From a bacterium (lineage in GTDB: Bacteria > Electryoneota > RPQS01), in assembly GCA_013360195.1 (NCBI GenBank), contig JABWCQ010000001.1, positions 84,168 through 148,167 on the forward strand: 64,000 bases of DNA, given 5' to 3'. Position numbers and translations under genes: made by a program. Every line of letters begins with the position of its first letter. Positions within the stretch are counted from its first letter, which is position 1. Shown piece after piece: positions 50,119-60,221 of the stretch. The notes under the pieces were generated by a model, which was not told the DNA's origin, did no database searches, and saw only the letters and a program-made list of their open reading frames with translations.

Positions 50119-53100
50119 ATGGTAAGTTTGAGGGCAAGATATCTGAGAGGTCTGCTGGCGACCGGACTGCTCAGTTTTGCTATTGCAGCAGCGACTGGAG
50201 CCGAACGGGTTCCGGTCTTGCTTGTCCTCGAACCCGAGCCGTTCGTTATTCAGAATGTCCGGGAAGAGGCAGGCCGGTCATTAGACCTTGGTACTTCCCA
50301 TGAGCTTGCGATTCGAGCGGCTCAAGATCACGCAAATGTAACTCAAGCAAACCTGCTGAAGAGGCTTGCTGAGTTGGAAGAGGCAGGTCAAGTATCGGAT
50401 ATTCGCTCATTCTGGGTTGCCAATGCGATTGCTTTGAAATGCGAGCCGGAGTTACTGCCCGTACTTGAACGACTTCCCGAGGTCGTAGAGATTCAAGACG
50501 AGCAGCTGCTTGGATTACTTCCGATAGCCCCTCCCGTGGCGGAAGGCCGCCGAAATCCCCTTGATGACGGAGTCACGGTTGCCTTAACTGATATCCGGGC
50601 GCCTGAAGCATGGGCTTTAGGGCTGACCGGAGTTGGTGTACTGCTTGCCAATTTCGATTCAGGAGTACTGGGTACGCATCCCGCGTTGTCGTCGAGATGG
50701 CGGGGTAACAACGGGCATCCGGCGAATCATTGTTGGTTTGACCTTGTCGAACCGATTACTCCGACTCCCGGTGACAACGATGGTCACGGGACTTTGACTA
50801 TGGGGCTGCAATGCGGTTTAGGCGCCAGTGACACCGTTGGCGTCGCGTTCAATGCACAGTTCATTGCCGCCGCCGTTGCGGAAGGCGGTTTTACGATTAC
50901 AAATGCGCTTCAAGCGTTCGAGTGGATACTTGACCCGGACGGGAATCCGGCCACTTTTGACGATGTCCCCCGTGTGCTTTCCAATTCGTGGGGATTTAAC
51001 GGCGGAATTGACGTATGCAACAACCTGCTGCATTCGGCTCTTGATTTAGCTGAAGCCGCAGGAATAGCGGTGGTATGGTCGGCAGGCAACGAGGGTCCTG
51101 CCAGCGGCACAATGAGAAATCCTGCCAATCGTGCGGACAATGCTGTTTCCGGTTTCGCGGTCGGAGGATGGGACGGAGTGGTAGATTCGGTTTGGGTGTC
51201 TTCCAGCCGTGGGCCATCTCCCTGTTCCGCCGATATGACGCTGCGAATCAAGCCCGAGATTGTCGCACCGTCACGAGATGTGCGCTCGACGTATCTGGGC
51301 ACCGGTTATGCATCCAGCAGCGGCACATCCTTCTCGGCTCCGCTTGCGGCCGGCACGCTGGCATTGATGATTGAAGCCAATCCGCTGCTTCCGCCCGATT
51401 CTCTACTCGAACTTCTGATGTTCACGGCGGTGGATGAGGGTCCCGCCGGACTGGACAATCATTCCGGTTATGGCAGACTGGACGCCTACATGGCCTGTCA
51501 AGCGGCGTTAACCGGATTGGGCTGGGTGCGCGGCCATGTGCAGAATCAGTTCGGCACTCCGATTGCCGCAAACATTGATGTTCTGGATCAGCCGCATCAC
51601 ACCGTCAGCGATGCCAACGGCAACTTCACATTTCCCTATCCCGCATGGCTGCCTTGTGAAATACAGGTTGTTGCAAGCGGCCACAGCCCGCAGTCGTCTT
51701 CGCTCTCGGTTTCCCCACAGGACACGACCTATGTCACACTTACGTTGCAGACGACTCAAGAAGGAATTCTGACAGGCAATGTCATCGATTGCCGGGGGCT
51801 TCCCGCCAGCGGCGCGTTCCTGACAATTCTGGAGCAGCCGTCACTGCAAACGACCAGCGATGCCAATGGAAGATTCGTGATGACGCTACAGCCCGGACAA
51901 TACTCGCTCGCTTGTTCGAGTGTGGTGTGCGGCTCGGTGGTTGTGCCGCAGGTTCAGATTCAGTCGGGCGCGGTCACGGATATTGAAGTGGTGCTGCCGC
52001 TGAATCCGGCGTTTCTCTGTTCCGAGCCTGACAATTTCGGCTATTTCCTCTGCGACAACAACGATCCCGGAGGACCGTCAGAAACGTACTCGTCGGTTTC
52101 GCCGACGACAGGAGGGAGAGGTGTCATACATAACCTTGCGGACGACGGTAATGTTCCGCTGGCGCTGCCGTTTCCGGTCACATTTTACGGCAACACCTAC
52201 AATAGGATTTTTCTGAATTCAAACGGCATCGTGAGCTTCGTGCGGTACGCGACTGCCTACAACAATCTGCAGTTACCGTACAATCTGACTCCGGCGCTGT
52301 TTCCGTTCTGGGACGATTTCAGCGACAATCTCGGCGGGCATATTCTCTCCGATTACAATCCGGCTGAAGGCACCTACACACTGGAGTGGTTCGAAATTCC
52401 GTACTTCATTTCCATTCCGCCTCCAACGGACAGTGCAAACTTTCAGCTCGTCATCTATGACCAGTCTGTCGTGCCGACACAAAGCGGAAACAATGTGTTT
52501 GAATTTAGATACGGCAGGATTCCAAGAAACGGCAGTGCGACGATTGGGATTGACCGCGCACAAGGGAATCAATATGTGAGATACGGCTTCAACGGCACAT
52601 GGGAGCCGCATGCAGTACCGGCGGCGGAGGGTGTGACCGTGAGAGTTGCGGACGAGGACATATCTTCGGGAGTCCCGTCCATGCAAATTGAGCCGTCGGC
52701 GCTTGCGATTGCGCTCGAGCCCGGTGTGTCGCTCGATACGTCCATTTTTGTTCATAACAACGGCAGCGTTCCTTTGGCATATTATGCAAGCGCCTCGCCC
52801 ATGGCCGCGACAGGCGACGCGGACGAGGACACGCCACCGAACGCAGTTGAGTTTGATGACCCTCCGAAAGGTTCCGCCCCGCTGCGTGCGGAATCATCCG
52901 ACGACGCGCTCGATGAGTGGATTCCCGACGCAAACGGCTACGCGTGGCGCAGTTCCGACAACGATACGTCGGTGCACTACCAGTTTACGAGCATTGCCAA
53001 TGTCGGGACGAACGTGGGTATTACATGGGATGATTCGACGTCCTATCCGCGGCCGCTGCCATTCGAGTTTCCGTTCTTCGACCGGGTTTTCAAGAAATAT

Positions 53101-53934
53101 AGCGTGTGCTCGAACGGGTTTATCACATTCTGGTCGCAGGTGCGCAATTACCTGAATGATCCGATGGTCACCGCGCGCGACCCCTACTACGCGATTGCGG
53201 CCTATTGGACGGACCTGAATCCCTCCGCAGGCGGACAAATCTGGGAATACTATGACCAGATAAACAATCGCTTCATCGTACAATGGAATCGCATTCCGCC
53301 TTTCGGCGCCCCCTCGTCCAATACGCTGACGTTTCAAGCAATACTTTATCCGGACGGCGGCATCGATCTTGTCTATGAGCATATGTACCATCCTGTTCAG
53401 CTCAAGACAGTCGGCATTAAGGGCGGGCGAAGTTCGCAGACCCTGCAGCTTTCCCACAACGGCAGTCTGGTGGACAGTCTGATGACTCTGCGCATTGCGC
53501 GACCGGACACCGCCGATGCTTCGCTGCGTATCTTGAGCGGTAGTTACGCGGTGGTTCCTCCGCAAGGTGTTCAGGAGATTCGCCTGCGGTTCAAAAATAA
53601 TTCGCTCAGTCAGGGCGTTATGTCCCTGCCGCTTACAATTCAGTCGTCGGATGAAGATGCGGGCGGAACCGGCGTGAGTTTCCTGCTTCAGGGGGGCACA
53701 CCGTTCGTACCGCAGACGGTGATTGCCTCGCAGAACGGCATATTAAGTTTACATTGGGTTGCGCACGAGGCGAATAGTTATACGATTTGGACGTCGCTGC
53801 CCAATGATACCGTGTTTGTTCCGCTGGTCACATCGATTGCGGACACTCACTATACGCTCGGCGTCCCTGCGGACGCGGCGCGTGCCTATGCGGTGACTTT
53901 GAACGGCGGTGCGCCGCCGAGACCCGGGAATTAG
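50119..53934 (+). CDS. Secreted S8 subtilisin-like protease with carboxypeptidase-regulatory-like and repeated LPFxFPFY domains
   Basis: Catalytic D (FDSG), H (GHGT), oxyanion N (AGNEG) and S (GTSFSAP). Confidence 0.92.
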   Translation: MVSLRARYLRGLLATGLLSFAIAAATGAERVPVLLVLEPEPFVIQNVREEAGRSLDLGTSHELAIRAAQDHANVTQANLLKRLAELEEAGQVSDIRSFWVANAIALKCEPELLPVLERLPEVVEIQDEQLLGLLPIAPPVAEGRRNPLDDGVTVALTDIRAPEAWALGLTGVGVLLANFDSGVLGTHPALSSRWRGNNGHPANHCWFDLVEPITPTPGDNDGHGTLTMGLQCGLGASDTVGVAFNAQFIAAAVAEGGFTITNALQAFEWILDPDGNPATFDDVPRVLSNSWGFNGGIDVCNNLLHSALDLAEAAGIAVVWSAGNEGPASGTMRNPANRADNAVSGFAVGGWDGVVDSVWVSSSRGPSPCSADMTLRIKPEIVAPSRDVRSTYLGTGYASSSGTSFSAPLAAGTLALMIEANPLLPPDSLLELLMFTAVDEGPAGLDNHSGYGRLDAYMACQAALTGLGWVRGHVQNQFGTPIAANIDVLDQPHHTVSDANGNFTFPYPAWLPCEIQVVASGHSPQSSSLSVSPQDTTYVTLTLQTTQEGILTGNVIDCRGLPASGAFLTILEQPSLQTTSDANGRFVMTLQPGQYSLACSSVVCGSVVVPQVQIQSGAVTDIEVVLPLNPAFLCSEPDNFGYFLCDNNDPGGPSETYSSVSPTTGGRGVIHNLADDGNVPLALPFPVTFYGNTYNRIFLNSNGIVSFVRYATAYNNLQLPYNLTPALFPFWDDFSDNLGGHILSDYNPAEGTYTLEWFEIPYFISIPPPTDSANFQLVIYDQSVVPTQSGNNVFEFRYGRIPRNGSATIGIDRAQGNQYVRYGFNGTWEPHAVPAAEGVTVRVADEDISSGVPSMQIEPSALAIALEPGVSLDTSIFVHNNGSVPLAYYASASPMAATGDADEDTPPNAVEFDDPPKGSAPLRAESSDDALDEWIPDANGYAWRSSDNDTSVHYQFTSIANVGTNVGITWDDSTSYPRPLPFEFPFFDRVFKKYSVCSNGFITFWSQVRNYLNDPMVTARDPYYAIAAYWTDLNPSAGGQIWEYYDQINNRFIVQWNRIPPFGAPSSNTLTFQAILYPDGGIDLVYEHMYHPVQLKTVGIKGGRSSQTLQLSHNGSLVDSLMTLRIARPDTADASLRILSGSYAVVPPQGVQEIRLRFKNNSLSQGVMSLPLTIQSSDEDAGGTGVSFLLQGGTPFVPQTVIASQNGILSLHWVAHEANSYTIWTSLPNDTVFVPLVTSIADTHYTLGVPADAARAYAVTLNGGAPPRPGN

Positions 53935-54011
53935 ATCAAGTTTCGTAAATAGTATCTGTGTATTTGTACTTTCTGCGGCCTATTGGCCCGCGCGATGCAT
54001 TGAGGTGTCTT

Positions 54012-57000
54012 ATGTTACGTTCGCTCACTTTGTTATTCATTTTCCTCTTCGGAGCCGTGGCGGCATATGCAGCCGATGACGCTCCGCATCACTCGTTAAT
54101 TCGTGTTTTCGGTAAAGATCTCGCTCATGAAAAGAAACTGCTGAGCGACGATATGCTTGACATCATGCCTCAGGACGGCGCACCCGGAGTTTTGGTGGCC
54201 GCACTGCCGCACAACTTTGATTACCTGGCGAGTCTGGGTTACCGGTGGGATGTCATTCATCAGGATTTGGAAGAGTTCTACGCTCGCCGCGCCCGTGAAG
54301 GCGGTTCGCTCGACTTAATGGGCGGTTACAAGACGCACGTGGAAATCCTCGCGGCGATGGATTCGATACACGCGAACCATCCCAGCATCACCACGGCGCG
54401 ATTCTCCATTGGGACAACGCTTGAGGGCCGGGACATCTGGGCGATGAAAATAAGCGACAATCCCGATCAGGACGAAGAGGAGATCGAGCTGCTTTATGAC
54501 GCGCTGATCCATTCACGCGAACCGGCGGCGATGGAAGTGCTGTTCCTTTTCATGGACCACCTGACTGACCAATACGGAGTCAATCAGCATATTACCGACC
54601 TCGTGAACACACGCGAGTTCTACTTCATTCCCTGCATCAATGTAGACGGTTATCTTTACAATCAGCAAACGAATCCCAATGGCGGCGGCATGTGGCGCAA
54701 GAACCGGCGCAACAACGGCGGAGGAAGCTATGGTGTGGATTTGAACCGGAACTGGGGATTCAACTGGGGTTTCGACAATAACGGCTCCTCGCCGACACCG
54801 AGTTCGGAAACGTATCGCGGCACAGGCCCGTTCTCAGAGCCCGAGACTCAGGTGATGCGCGACTTCATCAACTCGCGCAATTTCACCGTGGCAATGAATT
54901 ACCATACTTATTCCAACTTGATTCTCTATTCGTGGGGATCATCGGGATATCAGGGTGGTTTCACGGCAGACGATGCGACTTTTCAACTGATGGGTGACTC
55001 GATGCAGTTTTACATCCAGCAGGTGAACGGAGCCGTCTACACGGTCGGACAACCGTGGGCTGTGCTGTACGATGTGAACGGCGACTGCAACGACTGGTGC
55101 TACGGCGAGCAGACTACAAAGCCGAAGATTTTCGGCTTCACGACCGAAGTTGGCGGCGCCAGCGACGGATTTTGGCCTGCGCCGAATCGCATTCTTCCTC
55201 TCGCACAAGAGAATTTGCCTGCGAACATATTCGTCGCGCGATATGCTGTGAATCTTGTGCCGCCGGACTATCAAGTCAAGCGAGTAAGGCAGTTTCAGGA
55301 AGAGCTGAACGGTGACAACGACGGCACGGTAGAGCCGGGCGAAGGAGTGGGTTTGACCATCTACTTACGCAATACCGGATTGCTGAGTTTAGGTGAGCTT
55401 ACCGGAGTCTTGACCACGAGTACACCCAACGTGACCATATTAAACGGTAATTCGACGTGGCCTGCGATGGCACCGTTTGATTCAGCAGCAAATGATATGA
55501 CGCTCTCACTTAGTATCGGCGGCGGATTCGTCTCACCGGGCGCGGTGAATTGTCAACTTCATCTGACTTCATTCGAAGGACTCGACACCACCATTGCCAT
55601 CACGGCTGTGGTCGGTAATCCTGTCTTTTTCGACGATATGGAATCCGGCACAAACGGATGGACACATTCAGGCGAGCAGGACCAATGGCATCTCTCCACA
55701 CGCCGGGCCGCTTCGCCGACGCAGGCATGGTACTGCGGTCTGGAAGGTGCAGGGCAGTACAGTTCAAATCAGAATGCTACGCTGACTTCACCGCCTATTC
55801 TGCTTGGAAATAACGCAGTTCTGACGTTTTCGCATTGGTTCCAGCTTGAATCGGGATTTGATTTCGGATTTGTCGAAGTGTTTGACGGCACGGGCGCGCA
55901 ATTGGTTGCCGGTCCGTTTACCGGCAGCAACGGAGCCTTCCAAACAGTCAGCGTATCGCTTGCGCAGTTTCCTGCAGGGAGCCTCGTGAACATTCGCTTC
56001 AGACAGACAAGCGACGGAGCGCTCGTGCAGGAAGGCTGGTATGTTGATGACGTATTCGTCGGCCCGCCGCCTAACATTGACGCCGCTCCGGCCGCGATTT
56101 CAGTTGCAGTGGACACAACGTCCGTGGAAGAAGAAATTATTCTTGTCGGAAACACCGGAGGCTCCGACCTTGTGTACTCGGTGCTGTTTCAAAATGGAAC
56201 CGCGATTGCAGACACTGGCGGACCTGACGCATTCGGCTACAGGTGGCAGGATTCCGATGACCAATGCGGGCCAATCTATTCCTGGTTGCCCATTGGTGCC
56301 CTTGGCACTCCGATAACCTGGGTGGACGGCGAAGGCGATATGGTACGCGGTCCATACGCGCTGCCGTTCGAGTTTCCGTTCTATGGACAAATGTATGACG
56401 ACATCTGGGTGAGCGCGAACGGTTGGATTAGTTTTGCCGACAGCATCAATGAAACTTTCACAAATACGGCATTGCCAAACGCGAGTGCCGCCGGCGCAGC
56501 TATTTTTGCGTGGTGGGACGATTTGAAACCGCAACTGGCGGGAACAAACGTCCGGTTCTGGACAAACGGTGCAGACTCGGCCGCGGTGCATTACGAAAAC
56601 GTTAGAGCCGGAACTGCTCCAAATCAGGGGACTTATAATTTCCAGATTCTGTTAACGGCGCGCGGCGAGGCGAGAGTGTTCTATGGTAATATGGGAACCA
56701 TTCGATTGCAGAGCGCAACGATTGGAATTCAGAATGCCGAGAAGACAGTCGGACTTACTGTGCTGTCAAATCAGGCCGGAATCGGGAACTTCGAATCGCG
56801 CAGGTTTGCTCTCGGACCGCGGTGGGTATCCGTGCTACCAGTGAGCGGCATTGTCGAGCCGGCCGGAGTGGACACCCTCAGACTGAGTTTTCTTGGACGA
56901 GAATTGTGCGGTGACCCGAGCCTGAGCGGGCTGGTGATTCGTTCAAACGATCAAGAAACGCCGGAACTAATCATCCCCATTGACGCGACGCCCGGTTTAC

Positions 57001-57218
57001 CGCTCGCAGCTCCGTCGGACTTAACAATTTTCCCCTCCGGAAACGACGTAGAATTACGCTGGAATGCGGTGCCCGGTGCAGCCGCATACAGAGTTGAATT
57101 CTTCTTTGAACTGGGAGGACTTCCGACCATAGTCGGTGAGCCTGTGACCAATTATTTCCTTCACACCAATGCGCTGGATGTGTCGCTTGGTTATTATCAA
57201 GTCAGAGCACTGCCGTAG
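54012..57218 (+). CDS. Secreted M14 zinc carboxypeptidase (CPT-like), multidomain
   Basis: HSRE, WRKNRR, GVDLNRN, SEPET, YHTYS, TTE. Confidence 0.92.
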   Translation: MLRSLTLLFIFLFGAVAAYAADDAPHHSLIRVFGKDLAHEKKLLSDDMLDIMPQDGAPGVLVAALPHNFDYLASLGYRWDVIHQDLEEFYARRAREGGSLDLMGGYKTHVEILAAMDSIHANHPSITTARFSIGTTLEGRDIWAMKISDNPDQDEEEIELLYDALIHSREPAAMEVLFLFMDHLTDQYGVNQHITDLVNTREFYFIPCINVDGYLYNQQTNPNGGGMWRKNRRNNGGGSYGVDLNRNWGFNWGFDNNGSSPTPSSETYRGTGPFSEPETQVMRDFINSRNFTVAMNYHTYSNLILYSWGSSGYQGGFTADDATFQLMGDSMQFYIQQVNGAVYTVGQPWAVLYDVNGDCNDWCYGEQTTKPKIFGFTTEVGGASDGFWPAPNRILPLAQENLPANIFVARYAVNLVPPDYQVKRVRQFQEELNGDNDGTVEPGEGVGLTIYLRNTGLLSLGELTGVLTTSTPNVTILNGNSTWPAMAPFDSAANDMTLSLSIGGGFVSPGAVNCQLHLTSFEGLDTTIAITAVVGNPVFFDDMESGTNGWTHSGEQDQWHLSTRRAASPTQAWYCGLEGAGQYSSNQNATLTSPPILLGNNAVLTFSHWFQLESGFDFGFVEVFDGTGAQLVAGPFTGSNGAFQTVSVSLAQFPAGSLVNIRFRQTSDGALVQEGWYVDDVFVGPPPNIDAAPAAISVAVDTTSVEEEIILVGNTGGSDLVYSVLFQNGTAIADTGGPDAFGYRWQDSDDQCGPIYSWLPIGALGTPITWVDGEGDMVRGPYALPFEFPFYGQMYDDIWVSANGWISFADSINETFTNTALPNASAAGAAIFAWWDDLKPQLAGTNVRFWTNGADSAAVHYENVRAGTAPNQGTYNFQILLTARGEARVFYGNMGTIRLQSATIGIQNAEKTVGLTVLSNQAGIGNFESRRFALGPRWVSVLPVSGIVEPAGVDTLRLSFLGRELCGDPSLSGLVIRSNDQETPELIIPIDATPGLPLAAPSDLTIFPSGNDVELRWNAVPGAAAYRVEFFFELGGLPTIVGEPVTNYFLHTNALDVSLGYYQVRALP

Positions 57219-57232
57219 AGGAGCCGTGATTC

Positions 57233-58936
57233 TTGCCCAACAGTAACACTGCCTATCTGACACTCCTGATACTTCTCGCACTGGCTGTCATCCCGGCAAA
57301 TGGTGCGACGCGGCGCCCCGCATGGGCGAAGCACTCCATGATTGCTTCGGCGGACTCCAATGCGACCCGGGCTGGACTTCAAATTCTTGAGGCAGGCGGT
57401 AACGCGGTTGACGCCGCCTGCGCAGTAGCGATGGCGCTTGGTGTGACCGAGGGCTATTCGAGCGGAATCGGTGGAGGATGTTTTATCGTCCTCCATATGG
57501 CAGACGGGAGGCAGGTTGCGATTGACGGCAGAGAAGTAGCGCCGGCCAGGGCTTCACGCTTGATGTTTGTGCCGCGCAAGCAAGCTGACCGGACGGATTT
57601 AAGTCTGTATTCAACTCTGGCGGCCGGAGTTCCCGGACAGGTTGCCGCGCTTGACCTTGCCGTGCGCGATTATGGCACGATGACGTTTGAGGAACTCCTT
57701 GCTCCGGCCATTGCTCTGGCAGACACAGGATTTATTCTGGACGATTACTACGCCAGCGTTATTGAAAGATACGCGACGCGGTTTATGCTGGATCCTGCTT
57801 CGTCTTTGATCTACTTTGACGAGACCGGCAAACAGTTGGCTGCGGGGGAGAGGCTGGTGCAGAAAGACCTTGCCGCAACGCTGCGAAGAATGGCCGAGCA
57901 TGGGGCGCAGGAATTCTACACCGGAGAAACGGCCGAACTCATCGCTGAGTTCATGCGGAAGTCAGGCGGACTTATCAGCACGGCGGACTTAGCCAACTAT
58001 CGTCCGGCCTTACTCGAACCGGTTCGAGGGACCTATCGAGGATTTGAAGTCATCTCGATGCCGCCGCCGAGTTCGGGCGGGATTCATTTGATTCAGATTC
58101 TCAATCTTCTCGAAGGCTTTCCGCTTGGCTTTCTTGGTGCGGGGTCCTCTGAGTCACTGCATCTGATTGCGGAAAGCATGTGCCTCGCCTTTGCCGACCG
58201 TGCCGAGTTTCTTGGCGACCCGGCATTTACGCCGGTTCCCACCAAGGCGCTCATCAGCAAGACGTACGCTGACTCCCTGCGCGGCAAGGTTTCGCGCACG
58301 CGGCACGCCCCTAAGCCAGACCCGGGAGATCCGTGGAAGTTTGAGTCCCTGATTAATCATCATACGACTCACTTTTGTGTGGTTGACGAATTTGGCAATG
58401 CGGCCTCGGTTACGGCAACGGTCAACACGCCGTTTGCCACATGCATCACCGTCCCCGGGACGGGCATCCTTCTCAACAATGAAATGGATGACTTCGTAAC
58501 CGAACCGGGCAAGGCAAATTTCTTCGGACTTGTCGGTAAAGCGGTGAATGAAATCGAGCCCGGGAAGAAGCCTCTCTCCTCCATGTCCCCAACGATCGTG
58601 CTGAAGGATGGGCAACCGTTCATTCTCGCAGGAGGCGCGGGAGGTCCGAGGATTATTTCGGCAACTCTTCTTACCATTGTAAATTCAATTGATTACGGTA
58701 TGGATATCCAGGCGGCGCTTGACTATCCCCGCATTCACCAGCAGTGGATTCCGGACAGATTGGTCATGGAGCCTGAGCATACACAGGATGTTCGTGCCGG
58801 ATTAGAGCAACGAGGACATGCCGTCGAAGTTGGCCCGGCTCGTTCGCGAGTTCAAGCAATTCAAGCGGATACGATTCGCGGTGGCTGGTATGGTGCCGCA
58901 GATAGCCGAGGTATTGGTGCAGCACTTGGCCAGTGA
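57233..58936 (+). CDS. ggt: Gamma-glutamyltransferase
   Basis: GGNAVDAA, SGIGGG, PPSSGG, HTTHF (catalytic Thr), LNNEMDDF, SSMSP, D.R. Confidence 0.95.
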   Translation: MPNSNTAYLTLLILLALAVIPANGATRRPAWAKHSMIASADSNATRAGLQILEAGGNAVDAACAVAMALGVTEGYSSGIGGGCFIVLHMADGRQVAIDGREVAPARASRLMFVPRKQADRTDLSLYSTLAAGVPGQVAALDLAVRDYGTMTFEELLAPAIALADTGFILDDYYASVIERYATRFMLDPASSLIYFDETGKQLAAGERLVQKDLAATLRRMAEHGAQEFYTGETAELIAEFMRKSGGLISTADLANYRPALLEPVRGTYRGFEVISMPPPSSGGIHLIQILNLLEGFPLGFLGAGSSESLHLIAESMCLAFADRAEFLGDPAFTPVPTKALISKTYADSLRGKVSRTRHAPKPDPGDPWKFESLINHHTTHFCVVDEFGNAASVTATVNTPFATCITVPGTGILLNNEMDDFVTEPGKANFFGLVGKAVNEIEPGKKPLSSMSPTIVLKDGQPFILAGGAGGPRIISATLLTIVNSIDYGMDIQAALDYPRIHQQWIPDRLVMEPEHTQDVRAGLEQRGHAVEVGPARSRVQAIQADTIRGGWYGAADSRGIGAALGQ

Positions 58937-58976
58937 GGGTTATGTACGACGGGTAGAGAGTCACGATTTAGTCTTG

Positions 58977-59005
58977 TTGACAATTTAACAAGCCCTCCGT
59001 ATCTT
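58977..59005 (+). promoter_or_regulatory. Sigma70 promoter, probably leaderless
   Basis: TTGACA-N17-TATCTT-N7-ATG. Confidence 0.7.
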
Positions 59006-59012
59006 ATAGACC

Positions 59013-59444
59013 ATGAACCAAAACAAAGCCCTTCCCATCAATGTCGGCCAGCGTTTGCACGATGCCCGCAAGGCCGCTGACATGTCACAAGACGAGCTGT
59101 CCAAGGCCGTCCACGTGAACCGTTCCTATTTGTCTCTGGTCGAAAACGGACGATCTTCGCCGACCATCGAGTTTCTCGAGAAGGTTTCGGCAGGACTGAA
59201 TCTGCGAGTTGAGGAGCTGCTTCTCGGCCCCGAGGCGTTTAAGTACTTAAGTTTGTCCCCCAAGCACGGGTATCTGTATCGCGGGCTGCAGGACCTGCTG
59301 GCGGATGAAGAGCAGATGCTGCTGATGAATCCTTCGAACGAGGAACTTGAAATCCTGAAGGGGATTCATTTGCATCCCGATCACGACCCGACCAAGCGGT
59401 TCTTCATCGACGCACTGCTTGATCTCAGGCGCACGCGGTACTGA
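59013..59444 (+). CDS. XRE-family HTH regulator
   Basis: G.RL..AR....SQ.EL......SYLS.VENG...P. Confidence 0.9.
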   Translation: MNQNKALPINVGQRLHDARKAADMSQDELSKAVHVNRSYLSLVENGRSSPTIEFLEKVSAGLNLRVEELLLGPEAFKYLSLSPKHGYLYRGLQDLLADEEQMLLMNPSNEELEILKGIHLHPDHDPTKRFFIDALLDLRRTRY

Positions 59445-59476
59445 GAACCAGAACATACGCAGAGGAGCAGCAGATC

Positions 59477-59812
59477 ATGCAGATGAGATCGTTCTGGGAT
59501 CAGGACGTCTATGTCATCGAGCTCGCCGGCAAATTGATGGGCGGTCCCGATTCGGAGGGATTCCACTCCCAAGTCAAAGAAGCAGTGCAGCGCGGCGGCC
59601 GTAATGTCATCGTGGATCTGCGCGGAGTGGACTGGCTGAACAGCTGGGGAGTAGGACTACTGGTGTCCGCCTACACGACCATCAAGAACAGCGGCGGCCA
59701 GCTGGCGCTGGTGGGCTGTTCGCCGAAGGTCATGACCGTGTTCAAGATGACGCGATTTGATTCCGTGTTTATCTTTGCGGACAGTGTTACCGGCGCGGTC
59801 AGCAAGTTTTGA
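59477..59812 (+). CDS. STAS anti-sigma-factor antagonist 1
   Basis: VDL.GV.WLNSWGVG. Confidence 0.9.
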   Translation: MQMRSFWDQDVYVIELAGKLMGGPDSEGFHSQVKEAVQRGGRNVIVDLRGVDWLNSWGVGLLVSAYTTIKNSGGQLALVGCSPKVMTVFKMTRFDSVFIFADSVTGAVSKF

Positions 59813-59881
59813 CGCGGACATAGTTTCGCTATAAGTTTTTTTCAAATACAAGAATCGAACCTTTGAAGGAGCCATCCGGCA

Positions 59882-60220
59882 ATGAAATTGAAGACGACTG
59901 AGAACAATGGAGTTTATCTTGTCGAACTATCCGGCAAGATTATGGGCGGCCCGGAATCGGCGCAGTTCCACGAAGCGATGAAGCATGCGGTCAGCAACAA
60001 TCTGAAGAAGGTTGTTATTGACCTCGGCCAAGTAGAGTGGATGAACAGCTCCGGTATCGGACTGCTGGTGTCGGCCTATACGACACTGAAAAACGCGGGC
60101 AGTGAAATGAAACTCGCTCGGACCACCGAAAAGATACAATCGCTCCTTGTCATCACGAAACTGAACTCGGTATTCGATAGCCACGAAACTGTTGAAAGCG
60201 CAGTTAAGAGCTTCAACTGA
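59882..60220 (+). CDS. STAS anti-sigma-factor antagonist 2 (RsbV/SpoIIAA-like)
   Basis: IDL..V.WMNSSGIG, ITKL..VF. Confidence 0.92.
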   Translation: MKLKTTENNGVYLVELSGKIMGGPESAQFHEAMKHAVSNNLKKVVIDLGQVEWMNSSGIGLLVSAYTTLKNAGSEMKLARTTEKIQSLLVITKLNSVFDSHETVESAVKSFN

Positions 60221-60221
60221 T

